Source: an uncultured Actinomycetes bacterium
GTDB taxonomy: Bacteria > Actinomycetota > Thermoleophilia > UBA2241
Assembly (NCBI GenBank): GCA_963709345.1
Contig: CAVPVX010000011.1
Span: forward strand, 96,001-160,000
Direction: 5' to 3'
Length of the DNA: 64,000 nucleotides
In this document: positions 37,276 to 48,246 of the stretch, piece after piece
Layout: each line of letters starts with the position of its first letter
Numbering within the stretch: the first letter of the stretch is position 1
Made by a program: the position numbers and the translations under genes
The notes under the pieces: model-generated
Told to the model about the DNA's origin: nothing
What the model saw: the letters and a program-made list of their open reading frames with translations, nothing else
The model's database searches: none

Positions 37276-38187
37276 ATGCGCCTCGGCTTCTTCCTGGGCG
37301 AAGCACTCGGGTCCATGCGCCGCAACTGGGTGATGGCGATGGCGGCCGTGATCACCGTGTTCATCAGCACGGCCATCCTCGGCGCCGTCCTCGTGACGCG
37401 CGACAATCTGAACCAGGGCGCGACCAGTCTCAAGAACCGCGTCATGATCGAAGTCTTCATCAAGGACGAGGCACCCCAGGAGCAGGTCACCGCGCTGGAG
37501 CAGAAGATCCAGGGCATTCCCGAGATCAAGAGCTACAAGTACATCAGCAAGGACGAGGCGCTGCGGCGCTTCCGCGAGCGGTTCGGCGAGCGCATCGTCG
37601 CCAACCTGCCGATCAATCCCCTGCCCGCCAGCTACGAGATCCAGGTCAAGGACGCCGATCAGGTCGACGCGGTCGCCCAGAAGTTCTTCGACGATCCCGC
37701 CGTGGACAACGACGCCGGCACCCACAACGGTGTCAAGTACGCCAAGGAGACGGTGCGCAAGATGCTCGGCACCATCAGTCTGGTTGAGAAGGGCATGTGG
37801 GTGACCACCGGCATCTTCGCAGCCGCCGCGGTCCTGCTCATCAGCACCACGGTGCGGCTCAGCATCTTCGCCCGTCGCCGCGAGGTCGAGATCATGCGCC
37901 TCGTGGGCGCCACCAACTGGTTCATCCGCTGGCCGTTCGTGCTCGAGGGCTTCATCACCGGCCTCATCGGCGCCGTCTTCGCGGCCGGCTTCGTCTGGAC
38001 CGGCAACTGGGCGCTCGCCAATTGGCTGCAGACCAGCGACATCAACTTCCTCGATCTCCAGGTGTTCAGCATGTGGTGGCAGAGCGGCTCGTGGCCTCTC
38101 GGCCTGCTGCCGACCCTGGCCATCCTGGGCGCCCTCCTCGGCGCCGTCGGGAGCCTGGTCGCGCTGCGGCGCTACCTCAAGACGTGA
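37276..38187 (+). CDS. ftsX: Cell division permease FtsX
   Basis: NPLPASY, RRREVEIMRLVGATNWFIRWPFVLEG. Confidence 0.95.
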   Translation: MRLGFFLGEALGSMRRNWVMAMAAVITVFISTAILGAVLVTRDNLNQGATSLKNRVMIEVFIKDEAPQEQVTALEQKIQGIPEIKSYKYISKDEALRRFRERFGERIVANLPINPLPASYEIQVKDADQVDAVAQKFFDDPAVDNDAGTHNGVKYAKETVRKMLGTISLVEKGMWVTTGIFAAAAVLLISTTVRLSIFARRREVEIMRLVGATNWFIRWPFVLEGFITGLIGAVFAAGFVWTGNWALANWLQTSDINFLDLQVFSMWWQSGSWPLGLLPTLAILGALLGAVGSLVALRRYLKT

Positions 38188-38262
38188 GGCGCCGCGCGCG
38201 GCGCCTCTGAGTGGCGGCCGGCGGCGGCGTACAGGAACGCCGCCGCCGGCCGCCGAACTCCT

Positions 38263-39468
38263 ATGACTGCCATGATCACAACGCGCAGGCTCATCGCCCT
38301 CCTGGTCCTCGTGGCCGTCGCCCTGACGCTCGCCGGGGCGCTCACGGCCGTGTCGGCGCGCGCCGAGACGGCCGCCGAACTGCAGGCGAAGCTCCGCCAG
38401 GCGCGCGAGAAGATCAAGGCCGCTGAGAACAAGAAGGCGACGCTGAACGACCAGATCTCCGACCTCGACGGCAGGCTCACGGCGATCGAGGACAAGCTCG
38501 CCGTGCTCGGGGACCGGATCGCCGGCGTCGAGGAGAAGCTCTCCGTCACGCGTGAGAAGCTCGCCGTGCTCCGTGAGGAGCTTCGCCTCAAGCGGCTCGA
38601 ACTCGAGGAGGCGCAGGCCAAGCTCGAGCTCGAGCAGAGGAACTTCGAGGTGCGCGTCGTGATCACGTACAAGACCGACGATCTCGGCTATCTCGACGTC
38701 ATACTCGAGTCATCTGACTTCGAGGACCTCATCAGCCGCATGAACGTCGTGCGCGACCTCCTCGGCGGCAACAACGCCCTGGTCGGCGGCCTCGAGTCGA
38801 CCCGCGACACCGTTGAGAGCGAGAAGGACGCGATCGCCGAGCGCGAGGGCGCCGTGGCCGAGGCGGCGCAGGTCCTGCAGCAGAAGAGCGACGAGCTTGC
38901 CGCCCTGCGCGCCGCCCAGGCGGCCAACCAGGCTGAGGCGCTGGCGATGCGCAAGCAGAAGAAGAGCACGCTCGCCGACGTCAACGACAACCTCAAGCTG
39001 CTCGAGCGCCAGGAGAATCAGCTGCTCGCCGAGAGCGCCGCTCTCACCGGCGTGATCACCGCCTCGTACGGTGGAGGCGGCGGCACCGGCGATCTCATGT
39101 GGCCGGTGAACGGCCCGGTGACCTCGCCTTTCGGGTATCGCATCCACCCGATCCTCGGTTACCGGAGGATGCACACCGGTATCGACATCGGCGTCGGGTA
39201 CGGCACGCCGATCCGCGCCTCTGACACCGGCAAGGTGATCTACGCCACCTGGATGGGCGGCTACGGCAACGTCATCATCATCGACCACGGCGCCGGGATC
39301 TCCACACTGTACGCGCACCAATCGAGCCTCGCGGTCGGCAGCGGCGCCCACGTCTCCCGCGGGCAGACGATCGGCTACGTGGGCTCCACCGGGCTCAGCA
39401 CCGGGCCGCACCTCCACTACGAGGTGAGGGTCAACGGCAACCCCGTCGACCCGATGGGCTACCTCTAG
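38263..39468 (+). CDS. Coiled-coil M23 peptidase (EnvC/CwlO-like FtsEX partner)
   Basis: Signal peptide, long coiled coil, HTGID and HLHYEV motifs. Confidence 0.92.
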   Translation: MTAMITTRRLIALLVLVAVALTLAGALTAVSARAETAAELQAKLRQAREKIKAAENKKATLNDQISDLDGRLTAIEDKLAVLGDRIAGVEEKLSVTREKLAVLREELRLKRLELEEAQAKLELEQRNFEVRVVITYKTDDLGYLDVILESSDFEDLISRMNVVRDLLGGNNALVGGLESTRDTVESEKDAIAEREGAVAEAAQVLQQKSDELAALRAAQAANQAEALAMRKQKKSTLADVNDNLKLLERQENQLLAESAALTGVITASYGGGGGTGDLMWPVNGPVTSPFGYRIHPILGYRRMHTGIDIGVGYGTPIRASDTGKVIYATWMGGYGNVIIIDHGAGISTLYAHQSSLAVGSGAHVSRGQTIGYVGSTGLSTGPHLHYEVRVNGNPVDPMGYL

Positions 39469-39519
39469 GGTGCGTCGCTTCCGTTTGCCGCTCCTTCCGG
39501 GACCGACTACCATCTACCG

Positions 39520-40698
39520 GTGATGCGCGCCCTTCGAACCCTCATCGTCGTTCTCCTCGTCTCGCTCGGGTTTCTCGGGGGATACTTCTCGGGCTGGTAC
39601 CTGCACGGCGAGAACTCCATCCGGCTCAGCCCCTCGCAGGAGAGCACCGCGAGGCAGGCGGGAGAGCTGCAGGAGCGCATCATCGAGGAACTCCAGGGTC
39701 GCTACTTCAAGCCGGTCGACGTCGACGATCTCTCGCAGGCCGGCGTCAACGGCATGCTCAAGTCGCTGAAGGACCCGTACACCGTCTACCTCACGCCCAA
39801 GGAGACGCGCGAGTTCGAAGAGAAGGAACGCGGCGAGTACTCGGGCATCGGCGCCTCGCTGCAGAAGGCCAAGGACGGCCTCGTCATCACCGGCGTCTTC
39901 GACGGCTCGCCGGCGAAGGCCGCGGGCCTGCGACCCGGCGACGTGATCATCAGCGTCGACGGCCAGCCCACCAAGGACGAAGCGATCGAGACCAGCATCG
40001 CCCGCATCAAGGGCGACGAGGGCACGACCGTCAAGCTGGAGGTCGACTTCAAGGAGAAGGGCGCTGTGGAGCCGGTCAACGTCGTCCGCCGGCGCATCGA
40101 GATCCCCGAGACGCGCGACCGCCTCATCCGCAACAAGGGCATCAAGGTCGGGTACATCCAGCTCTACGACTTCGGCGGGTACGCCTCGCGCGACGTCCGT
40201 CGCGACGTCGAGGCTCTCGCCAAGAAGGGCGCGCAGTGGTTCATCCTCGATCTGCGCTACAACGGCGGCGGCCTGCTCAGCCAGGCGGTCGACGTGACCG
40301 GGGTCTTCCAGGATGGTCTGGTCACCTCGACCGAGGGCCTGCACTCGCCGCGCGAAGAGCTCAAAGCCACCGGGCCGGTCGCGACCGAGCGGCCGATGGT
40401 CGTCCTGGTCAACGGTTTCTCCGCGAGCGCCTCGGAGATCGTCACCGGCGCGCTCAAGGACCACGATCGCGCGACGGTGATCGGCACCACCACCTTCGGT
40501 AAGGGTCTCGTGCAGAGCATCATCTCGCTCGACGACGGGGCCGCGCTCAAGCTCACCACCGCGGTGTACTTCACTCCCGACGGCACCAACATCCACAAGA
40601 AGGGCATCACGCCCGACGTCGTCGTCAAGGACCTCCCGAAGACCAAACCGGACGATGTGCTGCAGCGTGCCTTGCGCTACATCGCCGCTCAGGACTGA
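39520..40698 (+). CDS. ctpA: S41 carboxy-terminal processing protease with PDZ domain
   Basis: DLRYNGGG, SASASEI, TFGKG. Confidence 0.9.
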   Translation: MMRALRTLIVVLLVSLGFLGGYFSGWYLHGENSIRLSPSQESTARQAGELQERIIEELQGRYFKPVDVDDLSQAGVNGMLKSLKDPYTVYLTPKETREFEEKERGEYSGIGASLQKAKDGLVITGVFDGSPAKAAGLRPGDVIISVDGQPTKDEAIETSIARIKGDEGTTVKLEVDFKEKGAVEPVNVVRRRIEIPETRDRLIRNKGIKVGYIQLYDFGGYASRDVRRDVEALAKKGAQWFILDLRYNGGGLLSQAVDVTGVFQDGLVTSTEGLHSPREELKATGPVATERPMVVLVNGFSASASEIVTGALKDHDRATVIGTTTFGKGLVQSIISLDDGAALKLTTAVYFTPDGTNIHKKGITPDVVVKDLPKTKPDDVLQRALRYIAAQD

Positions 40699-40761
40699 TG
40701 CGCGCGAGCGCCGGCCGGCGGCTCGTCCGCACTGGCGTCCCGCGCGAGCGGGTCTGATGTC

Positions 40762-42756
40762 GTGAGCGCTCCGCGGCGCCCGCGCTCGTCACGCGCCACG
40801 CCGGATCCCGGTGCGCAGGGCCGGCGCCCCCGCGGCGACGCTACGCCCGCCGCGCCCCTCCCGTACCGGGTCGCCCGCTGGGGCAAGTTCTGGTCGCTCG
40901 AGCCACTCTTTGCCGATACCCGCTCCTACCTGGTCGCGAAGGGCGGCGAGCCGCCCCGGCTCAACGAGCTCGTGCTCGCCGTCCCCGTGCACGGCGACCG
41001 GCGACGCATCGTCGAGGTGCTCGGCGGCGAGGACGACCTGCGCGCCGTGCTGCGCGCGCTCCTCTCCGCAAAGGGCGTACGCCAGGGCTTCGCCGCCGAC
41101 GTGCTCGAGGAGGCGGCTGCGGTCGGCGCGCGCGCTTTGCGGCCGGACGCCGGCCGCCGCGATCTCGGCGGCCTGCCCACCTTCACCATCGACCCGGACA
41201 CGGCGCGCGACTTTGACGACGCCATCTCGGTCGCGCGCGAGGGCATGGGGTACCGCGCGCACGTGCACATCGCCGACGTCTCGTACTTCGTCGACGCCGG
41301 CGGCGCCATCGAACGCGAGGCGCGGCGTCGCACGTCCAGCCTCTACCTGCCGCTGTTCGCCGAGCCCATGCTGCCGGCGGCGCTCAGCAGCGACCTCTGT
41401 AGCCTGGTGCCGCGGCAGCCGCGCAAGTGCCTGACGGTCGAGTTCGCCTTCGACGCCGCCGGGCGCCGCACGGCGACGCAGTTCTACCGCTCGCTCATCA
41501 GCAGCGACCACCGCCTGACGTACAGCTTCGCCGACACAGTCCTCGCGCCGGCCGCCGGGCCGACCGGCGGTCCCGCCACGCTCACGGCGCCCGGCTCGGC
41601 GCCGGACCCGCCCCGCGACGTTCCAGACGCGACGACCGCCGCCGACGCGGCGCTGCGCGAGCACCTGCTCCTCGCTGCCGAGCTCGCCGGGACGCTGCGC
41701 CGCCGGCGCCTCGGCCGCGGCGCGCTCACCATCGGCTCGTTCGAGCCCGAGTACGCGTTCGACCACGCCGGCGCTCTCAGCGGGGCCGACGTGCGCCCGG
41801 AGACGCCGTCCCACGCCCTGGTCGAGGAGTTCATGCTGGCGGCCAACGAGGCCGTCGCCGAGTATCTGCTGCGCAAGAAGGCGCACACCCTCTACCGCGT
41901 GCACGAGCCTCCGGAGCCGGCGAGCGTCCGTGAGTTGCTCGACCAACTCGAAGAGCTGGGCGTGCCCACCCCCGCGTTCCCGACCGGGCAGGGTGTGCCC
42001 GCAGCCAAGCTGGCTGAGGCGTTCGGCCGCCTCAGCCGCACGGTCACGGAGACGAGCGCCCGGGAGGGTCGCGGCCGGCTGTCGTGGTCGACGCTCATCC
42101 TGCGCTCGCTCAAGCAGGCCAGGTACGGGCCGGTGAACCTCGGCCACTTCGGTCTCGCCAGCCCTGCGTACCTCCACTTCACGTCGCCGATCCGCCGTTA
42201 CCCGGACCTGGTCACGCACCGCAGCCTGCTGTACCACCTCGGCGAGGGCGGCGGCGAGCTGGGCGAAGCGGAGCTGGCCACGGCGGCCGAGGACTGTTCC
42301 ACCCGGGAGCGCGAGTTCTCGCGGGTGGAGCTCACCGGCGACGACGTCGCGCTCTGCTTCCTCCTCGAGGGGCGTCTTGATCAGGACGGCTGGGAACAGG
42401 CCTTCACCGGCGAGATCGTCGGGCTCGTGGGCGGCGGGCTCTTCATCCGCTTCGGCGACGTCCACGAGGGGTTCCTCTCCTCCCGCCGCCTCGGCGGCGA
42501 GCGCTTCGAGACCAGCGAGCATGAGACCGCGCTGGTCGGCGAGGCGACGGGGACGCGCTACCGGCTCGGTGACGCCATCGAGGTGAAGGTCGAGCGTGTC
42601 GACCGGCTCGCCGGCAAGGTCGACCTGGCGCCGGCGCTGCCTGACGACGGCCGGCCGCGCGTCGTCCCCGGGCGGCGACCGGCGCGGCGCACCTCCGGCG
42701 GCAGGCCGCCGCGGCGCCGCGCGCCCGGCCGCGAGCAGCGCAGATCCGGCCGCTGA
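40762..42756 (+). CDS. rnr: RNase R / RNB-domain exoribonuclease with short N-terminus and S1 domain
   Basis: TIDPDTARDFDDAIS, EEFMLAAN, HFTSPIRRYPDL; upstream of smpB. Confidence 0.88.
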   Translation: MSAPRRPRSSRATPDPGAQGRRPRGDATPAAPLPYRVARWGKFWSLEPLFADTRSYLVAKGGEPPRLNELVLAVPVHGDRRRIVEVLGGEDDLRAVLRALLSAKGVRQGFAADVLEEAAAVGARALRPDAGRRDLGGLPTFTIDPDTARDFDDAISVAREGMGYRAHVHIADVSYFVDAGGAIEREARRRTSSLYLPLFAEPMLPAALSSDLCSLVPRQPRKCLTVEFAFDAAGRRTATQFYRSLISSDHRLTYSFADTVLAPAAGPTGGPATLTAPGSAPDPPRDVPDATTAADAALREHLLLAAELAGTLRRRRLGRGALTIGSFEPEYAFDHAGALSGADVRPETPSHALVEEFMLAANEAVAEYLLRKKAHTLYRVHEPPEPASVRELLDQLEELGVPTPAFPTGQGVPAAKLAEAFGRLSRTVTETSAREGRGRLSWSTLILRSLKQARYGPVNLGHFGLASPAYLHFTSPIRRYPDLVTHRSLLYHLGEGGGELGEAELATAAEDCSTREREFSRVELTGDDVALCFLLEGRLDQDGWEQAFTGEIVGLVGGGLFIRFGDVHEGFLSSRRLGGERFETSEHETALVGEATGTRYRLGDAIEVKVERVDRLAGKVDLAPALPDDGRPRVVPGRRPARRTSGGRPPRRRAPGREQRRSGR

Positions 42757-42891
42757 CGCGGCGGGCCGTCCGGCCCACGAGCCCGGTCGTGCGGCCGACG
42801 CGCCCTGGCGTCCGGCCCCCGGGTGTCTCTCCCATGGTGGCGTCCGCCATCTGCGGCCACGCCGCCGCAGCCGATGCGGTACCCTAAGGTC

Positions 42892-43380
42892 ATGGCACGA
42901 GAGACCGGCATCAAGCGCATCGCGGAGAACCGCAAGGCGCGCCACGACTACTTCATCGAGGACACCTACGAGGCCGGCATCGCCCTCGTCGGCACCGAGG
43001 TGAAATCGCTGCGCGAGGGACGCATCAACCTGCGCGACAGCTACGTGGAGGTGCGGGGCAGCAACCACGCGCCGGAGCTGTATCTCGTCGGCGCCCACAT
43101 CAGCCCGTTCGAGCAGGGCAACATCTGGAACCACGAGCCGCTGCGCGTGCGCAAGCTCCTGCTGCATCGTCACGAGATCGAGCGCATCGCCGGGCGCGTG
43201 CACGAGCGCGGGCTCACGGTCGTCCCGACCAAGATCTACTTCAAGGACGGGCGCGTCAAGATCGAGATCGGCCTGGCGCGCGGCAAGAAGCTCTTCGATA
43301 AGCGTCACGACATGGCCGAGAAGGACGCGCGCCGCGACGTCGAGCGTGCCTTGCGCGGCCGCGGGGAAGACAGGCGGTAA
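42892..43380 (+). CDS. smpB: SsrA-binding protein
   Basis: [37 protein letters not shown]. Confidence 0.97.
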   Translation: MARETGIKRIAENRKARHDYFIEDTYEAGIALVGTEVKSLREGRINLRDSYVEVRGSNHAPELYLVGAHISPFEQGNIWNHEPLRVRKLLLHRHEIERIAGRVHERGLTVVPTKIYFKDGRVKIEIGLARGKKLFDKRHDMAEKDARRDVERALRGRGEDRR

Positions 43381-43427
43381 GGCCGGCGCCGATGGCGTCT
43401 GGCGGGGTGGTTGCGATGGAGGTGTCG

Positions 43428-43706
43428 ATGGACACGCTCGATCAGAAGCAGATCAAGGCGGCGCTCGGGGATCTCGACGGCTGGGACTTCGACGGCGAGG
43501 CGCTGACACGAACGTTCCGCTTCGCCGACTTCGTGCACGCCGTCGGTTTCGTCGAGCACCTCGCCGAGGTGGCCGAGGAGCGGCAGCACCACCCCGATAT
43601 CGACATCCGTTACAACAAGGTGACGCTGCGCCTCGTGAGTCACGACGCCGGCGGTGTCACCCGGCGCGATGTCGAGCTGGCCGAGGCGGTCGAACACCTC
43701 GTCTGA
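43428..43706 (+). CDS. Pterin-4a-carbinolamine dehydratase
   Basis: AEERQHHPDIDIRYNKV...HDAGGVT. Confidence 0.92.
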   Translation: MDTLDQKQIKAALGDLDGWDFDGEALTRTFRFADFVHAVGFVEHLAEVAEERQHHPDIDIRYNKVTLRLVSHDAGGVTRRDVELAEAVEHLV

Positions 43707-43828
43707 AGGCGGCGCGCGCCTCGGTAGCGCTCCGAGCGCCGCGTCCGCCGACGGTACGGTCTGCGCTCGCTGCGGCCGCTCGCGGCAGCCTACGGCCGCG
43801 CTCCCGCCGTGCTACAATCCGCACCCGT

Positions 43829-43905
43829 GCCCTCGTAGCTCAGGGGATTAGAGCGCGCGCCTCCGGAGCGCGAGGTCGAAGGTTCGAATCCTTCCGGGGG
43901 CACCA
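43829..43905 (+). tRNA. tRNA-Arg(CCG)
   Basis: GCCCTCG/CGGGGGC acceptor, CGCGC-CTCCGGA-GCGCG anticodon arm, GGTTCGAATCC, CCA; TGCTACAAT -10 at 43810. Confidence 0.96.
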
Positions 43906-44197
43906 AACGTTGTCACTACCACAACGTTCCCCCTGCAGACGGCCGACTTCTGGTGTCCCGTCGCCTACCCGGTCGCTGTACCGTCACGCACCCTGGCGCT
44001 CACGCCGCGAAGCAGCGCTGCCGCTCATCAGCAGTAGTCCAACCAACAGGGACGGGACATGGACGAGCATCGCCAGTTGGCGAGCCGGGAGCCGCGCGGT
44101 AGAGTTACCGAGTGGTCAGTGCCAGTGGTCCATGTTCACCTGTCTCACACCAGATTCCGGCGACTGAGGCTGGCTCCAGCGACTATCGGAGGTCCGC

Positions 44198-46550
44198 ATG
44201 GCGATTGTTGAGTACAACCCCGGCGAAGCGTTCCCGGGGGTGATCGGCCGCACCACCGACGAGTCGAGCCCCGCGTGGCCGGCTCCGGTCCGCGCCGAGA
44301 AGGGCACCCCGAACGTGCTGTTCGTCGTCCTCGACGACACCGGCTTCGGGCAGCTGGGCTGCTACGGCGGCCCGATCGAGACGCCCAACTTCGACGCGCT
44401 CGCGGCAGACGGTCTGCGCTACAACAACATGCACACCACCGCCCTGTGCTCGCCGAGCCGTTCCTGTATCGTCACCGGGCGCAACCATCACAGCAACAGC
44501 ATGGCCTGCATCACCGAGCTGGCCTCGGGCTACCCCGGCTACAACGGCGTCATCCCCTTCGAGAACGGCATGCTCTCCGAGATGCTGCTCGGGCACGGCT
44601 ACAACACCTTCATGGTCGGCAAGTGGCATCTCACACCGAGCAACCAGGAGACCGCCGCGGGCCCCTACGACCGCTGGCCGCTTGCGCGCGGCTTCGAGCG
44701 CTTCTACGGCTTCCTCGGCGGCGACACCAGCCAGTGGTATCCCGACCTCGTCTACGATAACCACCAGGTCGAGCCGCCGCGCACTCCCGAGGAGGGCTAC
44801 CACCTCACCGAGGACCTCGTCGACAAGTCGATCGAGTTCATCGCCGACTCCAAACAGATCGACCCCGACAAGCCCTTCTACCTGCACCTCTGCTTCGGCG
44901 CGACGCACGCGCCGCACCACGCCCCCAAGGAGTGGATCGACAAGTACGCCGGCCAGTTCGACGACGGCTGGGACGCCTACCGGGAGAAGGTCTTCGCCAA
45001 GCAGAAGGAGCTCGGCATCGTGCCGGCCGACGCCGAGCTCTCGCGCCACGACCCCGACGTGCCCGACTGGGCCTCGCTGCCCGAGCCGGCGCGCAAGCTC
45101 TTCAGCCGCTTCATGGAGGTGTTCGCCGGCTTCCTCAGCCACACCGATCATCACCTCGGGCGCCTGCTCGACTTCCTGCGCGCCCAGGGCGAGCTCGACA
45201 ACACCATCGTCATGGTGATCTCCGACAACGGCGCCAGCGCCGAGGGCGGACCCTACTGGTACCACCAATGAGGCGCAGTTCTTCAACAACGCCCAGGAGC
45301 CCCTCGAGGAGAGCCTCGCGCTCATCGACGAGATCGGCGGCCCCAGGCGCTTCAACCACTACCCGTGGGGCTGGACCTGGGCCGGCAACACGCCGTTCCG
45401 GCGCTGGAAGCGCGAGACCTACCGCGGCGGCGCCAGCGACCCGTTCATAGTCTCCTGGCCGGCGGGGATCAAGGCCAAGGGCGAGGTGCGCACCCAGTAC
45501 GCTCACATCATCGACATGGTGCCGACGGTGCTCGACCTGCTCGGCGTGCAGCCGCCGGCCCAGATCAGGGGAGTCACCCAGTCGCCCCTCCAGGGTGTCA
45601 GTTTCGCGCACACGCTGGACGAAGGTGCCGCCGCCAGCGCCCATCACACCCAGTACTTCGAGATGCTCGGCCACCGGGCCATCTACCACGACGGCTGGCG
45701 CGCGGTCTGCCCGTGGCCCGGCCCCTCATTCAGCGAGGCGGGCGTGGGCTTCGGCCAGCCGATCTCAGCGGAGAAGCTCTCCGAGCTCGACGCCACGGGC
45801 TGGGAGCTCTACCACATCGACGAGGACTTCGCTGAGAACCACAACGTCGCGGAACAGCATCGTGACAAGCTGATCGCGCTGATCGCGACCTGGTACGTCG
45901 AGGCCGGCAAGTACGAGGTGATGCCCGTGGACGGCAGCGGCCTGGCGCGCATGGTCGCCGAGAAGCCGCTCGTGGCCGTGCCCCGCGAGAGCTACACGTA
46001 CATGCCGAACACCCAGTCGGTGCCCTTCTTCGCGGCGCCGCGGCTGATGAACCGCCCGCACAGCATCACGGCGAGCGTCGAGATCCCGGAGAGCGGCGCC
46101 GAGGGCGTGCTCCTCAGCCAGGGCTGCGCAGCCGGTGGCTACTCGCTCTACGTGAAGGGCGACAAGCTTCACTACGTTCACAACTACGTCGGGCGCAAGA
46201 TCATGGGCGTGACATCTGAGAACCCGCTGCCCGCCGGCAAGCACGAGCTGCGCTTCGAGTTCGAGCCGACGGGAAAGCCGGACATGCCCAACGGAAAGGG
46301 CGCGTCGGGCCGCATGCAGCTCTACGTCGACGGCGCCCTGGTCGCCAACGCCGAGGCCGAGGTCACGACCCCGTTCATGCTCAACCCCGGCGCCCTCACG
46401 TGCGGCGCCAATCTCGGATCTCCGGTCACGCCGGACTACGTGAGCCCGTTCAAGTTCACCGGTACACTGCACGAGGTGACGGTCGACGTCAGCGGCGAGC
46501 TGATCCACGACCCGGAGGCGGAGCTGAAAGCGCACATGGCGCGGCAGTAA
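44198..46550 (+). CDS. Arylsulfatase (Cys-type) with C-terminal LamG-like domain, frameshift near 45255
   Basis: NVLFVVLDD, ALCSPSR (CxPxR), GKWHL, ISDNGAS; continues in the next frame to 46550. Confidence 0.9.
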
Positions 46551-46556
46551 CGGCGA

Positions 46557-46588
46557 CGTCCCGCCGCGCCTCAGGGCGCGGCGGGACG
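46557..46588 (+). terminator. 14-bp hairpin after the sulfatase
   Basis: CGTCCCGCCGCGCC-TCAG-GGCGCGGCGGGACG. Confidence 0.55.
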
Positions 46589-47028
46589 GCCGCGGCGGCG
46601 GACCCGAGCGTCGCCGTCGCGGCCGTCGCGGCCAACTTGGGCGTGGGGGCAACAGGCACGTCTATGTGGGTCCATTTGCCGCCCCGTGGGCCACAGCACA
46701 TCCAGGAGCCGCTGCTGTTCGAGGCGAAGGTTCGAGAGGTGTTCACCAAGGGGCACCACTACCGCCCGAGTCTGGCGATCGCGGTGTCCTGTGGTCGGCC
46801 GGAGACCGTGTCTATCGGCAGGTCCGTGAACGGGCTGCCGGTGCGGCTGCTCCTTCGACGTCGTGACCGGGCCGCTGCGCGACCTCCTTCCAGGAGAGCC
46901 GATTCGCCGCACGGCCCATGCCGGCGCTCAAGCAGGATGTCGCCCGGGCGCATTGACTATGATGCTCAGCGACAGCAGACTCTGGCACCGACAGCAGTAC
47001 TCAAGCAGGGGCCAGGCCAAGGAGAGCG

Positions 47029-48246
47029 ATGTTGAGTACCTTGATCGACGCGATGGAACACGCCGTTCGGGAAGTCGGGAAGATGCCGGAGAAGGCTGTC
47101 CAGGTCTTCCACCACAACGACTCCGATGGGCTCACGTCGGGCGCCATCCTCACCCGCGCGTTCGAGCGGCAGGGGTACGCGGTCCGGCGCTTCTGTCTGG
47201 AGAAGCCGTACCCGGCAGTTCTGGAAAGGGTCTTCAAGCAGGAGGGCAAGATCCTCGTCTTCGCCGATTTTGCCGGCAGGATAGCCCCGCTGCTGTCCGA
47301 GTTGAACCAAGGCAGGAACCTCACCCTGATCCTTGATCACCATGTCGCTGAGGCCTCGACCGACCCGAGAGTCATGAACCTCGACCCGGACCTGTTCGGG
47401 TTGAAGGGGGATCGGGACATCTCCGGGTCGACGACCTGCTATCTCTTTGCGCGTACGCTGGATCCGGCCAATCGCGACATGGCCCACATCGCCACCATCG
47501 GAGCTGTGGGTGACGGCTTCTTCGTCGACGGCGAGCTGGTGAGCGAGAACCGCGAGGTCGCAGTGGAAGCCGCTCGCCAGGGCCTGGTCGAGATCAGGAA
47601 GCGCGACACCGGAGAGCAGTACCTGCTGAACGGTCCACAAGGGCAAATGGACGTGATCGACGTCGGTGACTACCTCGACGTCCTGGGGGGAGTCGGCTAC
47701 AACCAAGAGGGACCCGGCATGGGGGTCAGGGTCTGCCTTGAAGGCATCTCGCCGGATTCGGACCTGATGGTGGAACAACTGAAGGCCGTCAGGACGAGGA
47801 TCTTCGACCAGGAGATCGCGCGGCTCCGGGCAGGCGCCTTGCGACAGGCGCCACACATCCAGTGGTTTCATGTCGAGTCACGCCTCTTCCCGATGGGGGT
47901 GAAGATGGTCGGGGCATTCTGTGACGCCATCAGGACCACGGACCTCATCGATGCGCACAAGTACCTCGCCGGATTCCAGATCATTCCCGATGAGATCCCG
48001 GGCTTCGGCGCGATCAGGTTCGACCAGGTGAAGATCTCCATGCGGGTCTCCCCCCTGATGGAGGAAGAGATCAGGGCGGGCCGGGCGATGGGGCTCAACA
48101 TACTGCTGCCCGAGGCGACGAGCAGGCTTGGAGGGTTCTCCGATGCCTGTCATAGTCTGACGGCTGCCACTACCGTGGCCATCGGCGAAGAAGAGCACTT
48201 GATCGACGAAATGGAAAGCATCCTGGATGGAGAGTCGCATGGCTGA
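47029..48246 (+). CDS. DHH family phosphoesterase
   Basis: HHNDSDG, FADF, ILDHH, GAVGD; AAGGAG RBS. Confidence 0.85.
   Translation: MLSTLIDAMEHAVREVGKMPEKAVQVFHHNDSDGLTSGAILTRAFERQGYAVRRFCLEKPYPAVLERVFKQEGKILVFADFAGRIAPLLSELNQGRNLTLILDHHVAEASTDPRVMNLDPDLFGLKGDRDISGSTTCYLFARTLDPANRDMAHIATIGAVGDGFFVDGELVSENREVAVEAARQGLVEIRKRDTGEQYLLNGPQGQMDVIDVGDYLDVLGGVGYNQEGPGMGVRVCLEGISPDSDLMVEQLKAVRTRIFDQEIARLRAGALRQAPHIQWFHVESRLFPMGVKMVGAFCDAIRTTDLIDAHKYLAGFQIIPDEIPGFGAIRFDQVKISMRVSPLMEEEIRAGRAMGLNILLPEATSRLGGFSDACHSLTAATTVAIGEEEHLIDEMESILDGESHG

Noticed and set aside
43381-43828. tmRNA (ssrA) expected after smpB
   Set aside because: The region holds a dehydratase gene and a tRNA promoter; no tmRNA-like ends were found.
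46750-46758. GGGGCACCA as a distal att copy of tRNA-Arg
   Set aside because: Only 9 bp in GC-rich DNA, expected by chance.
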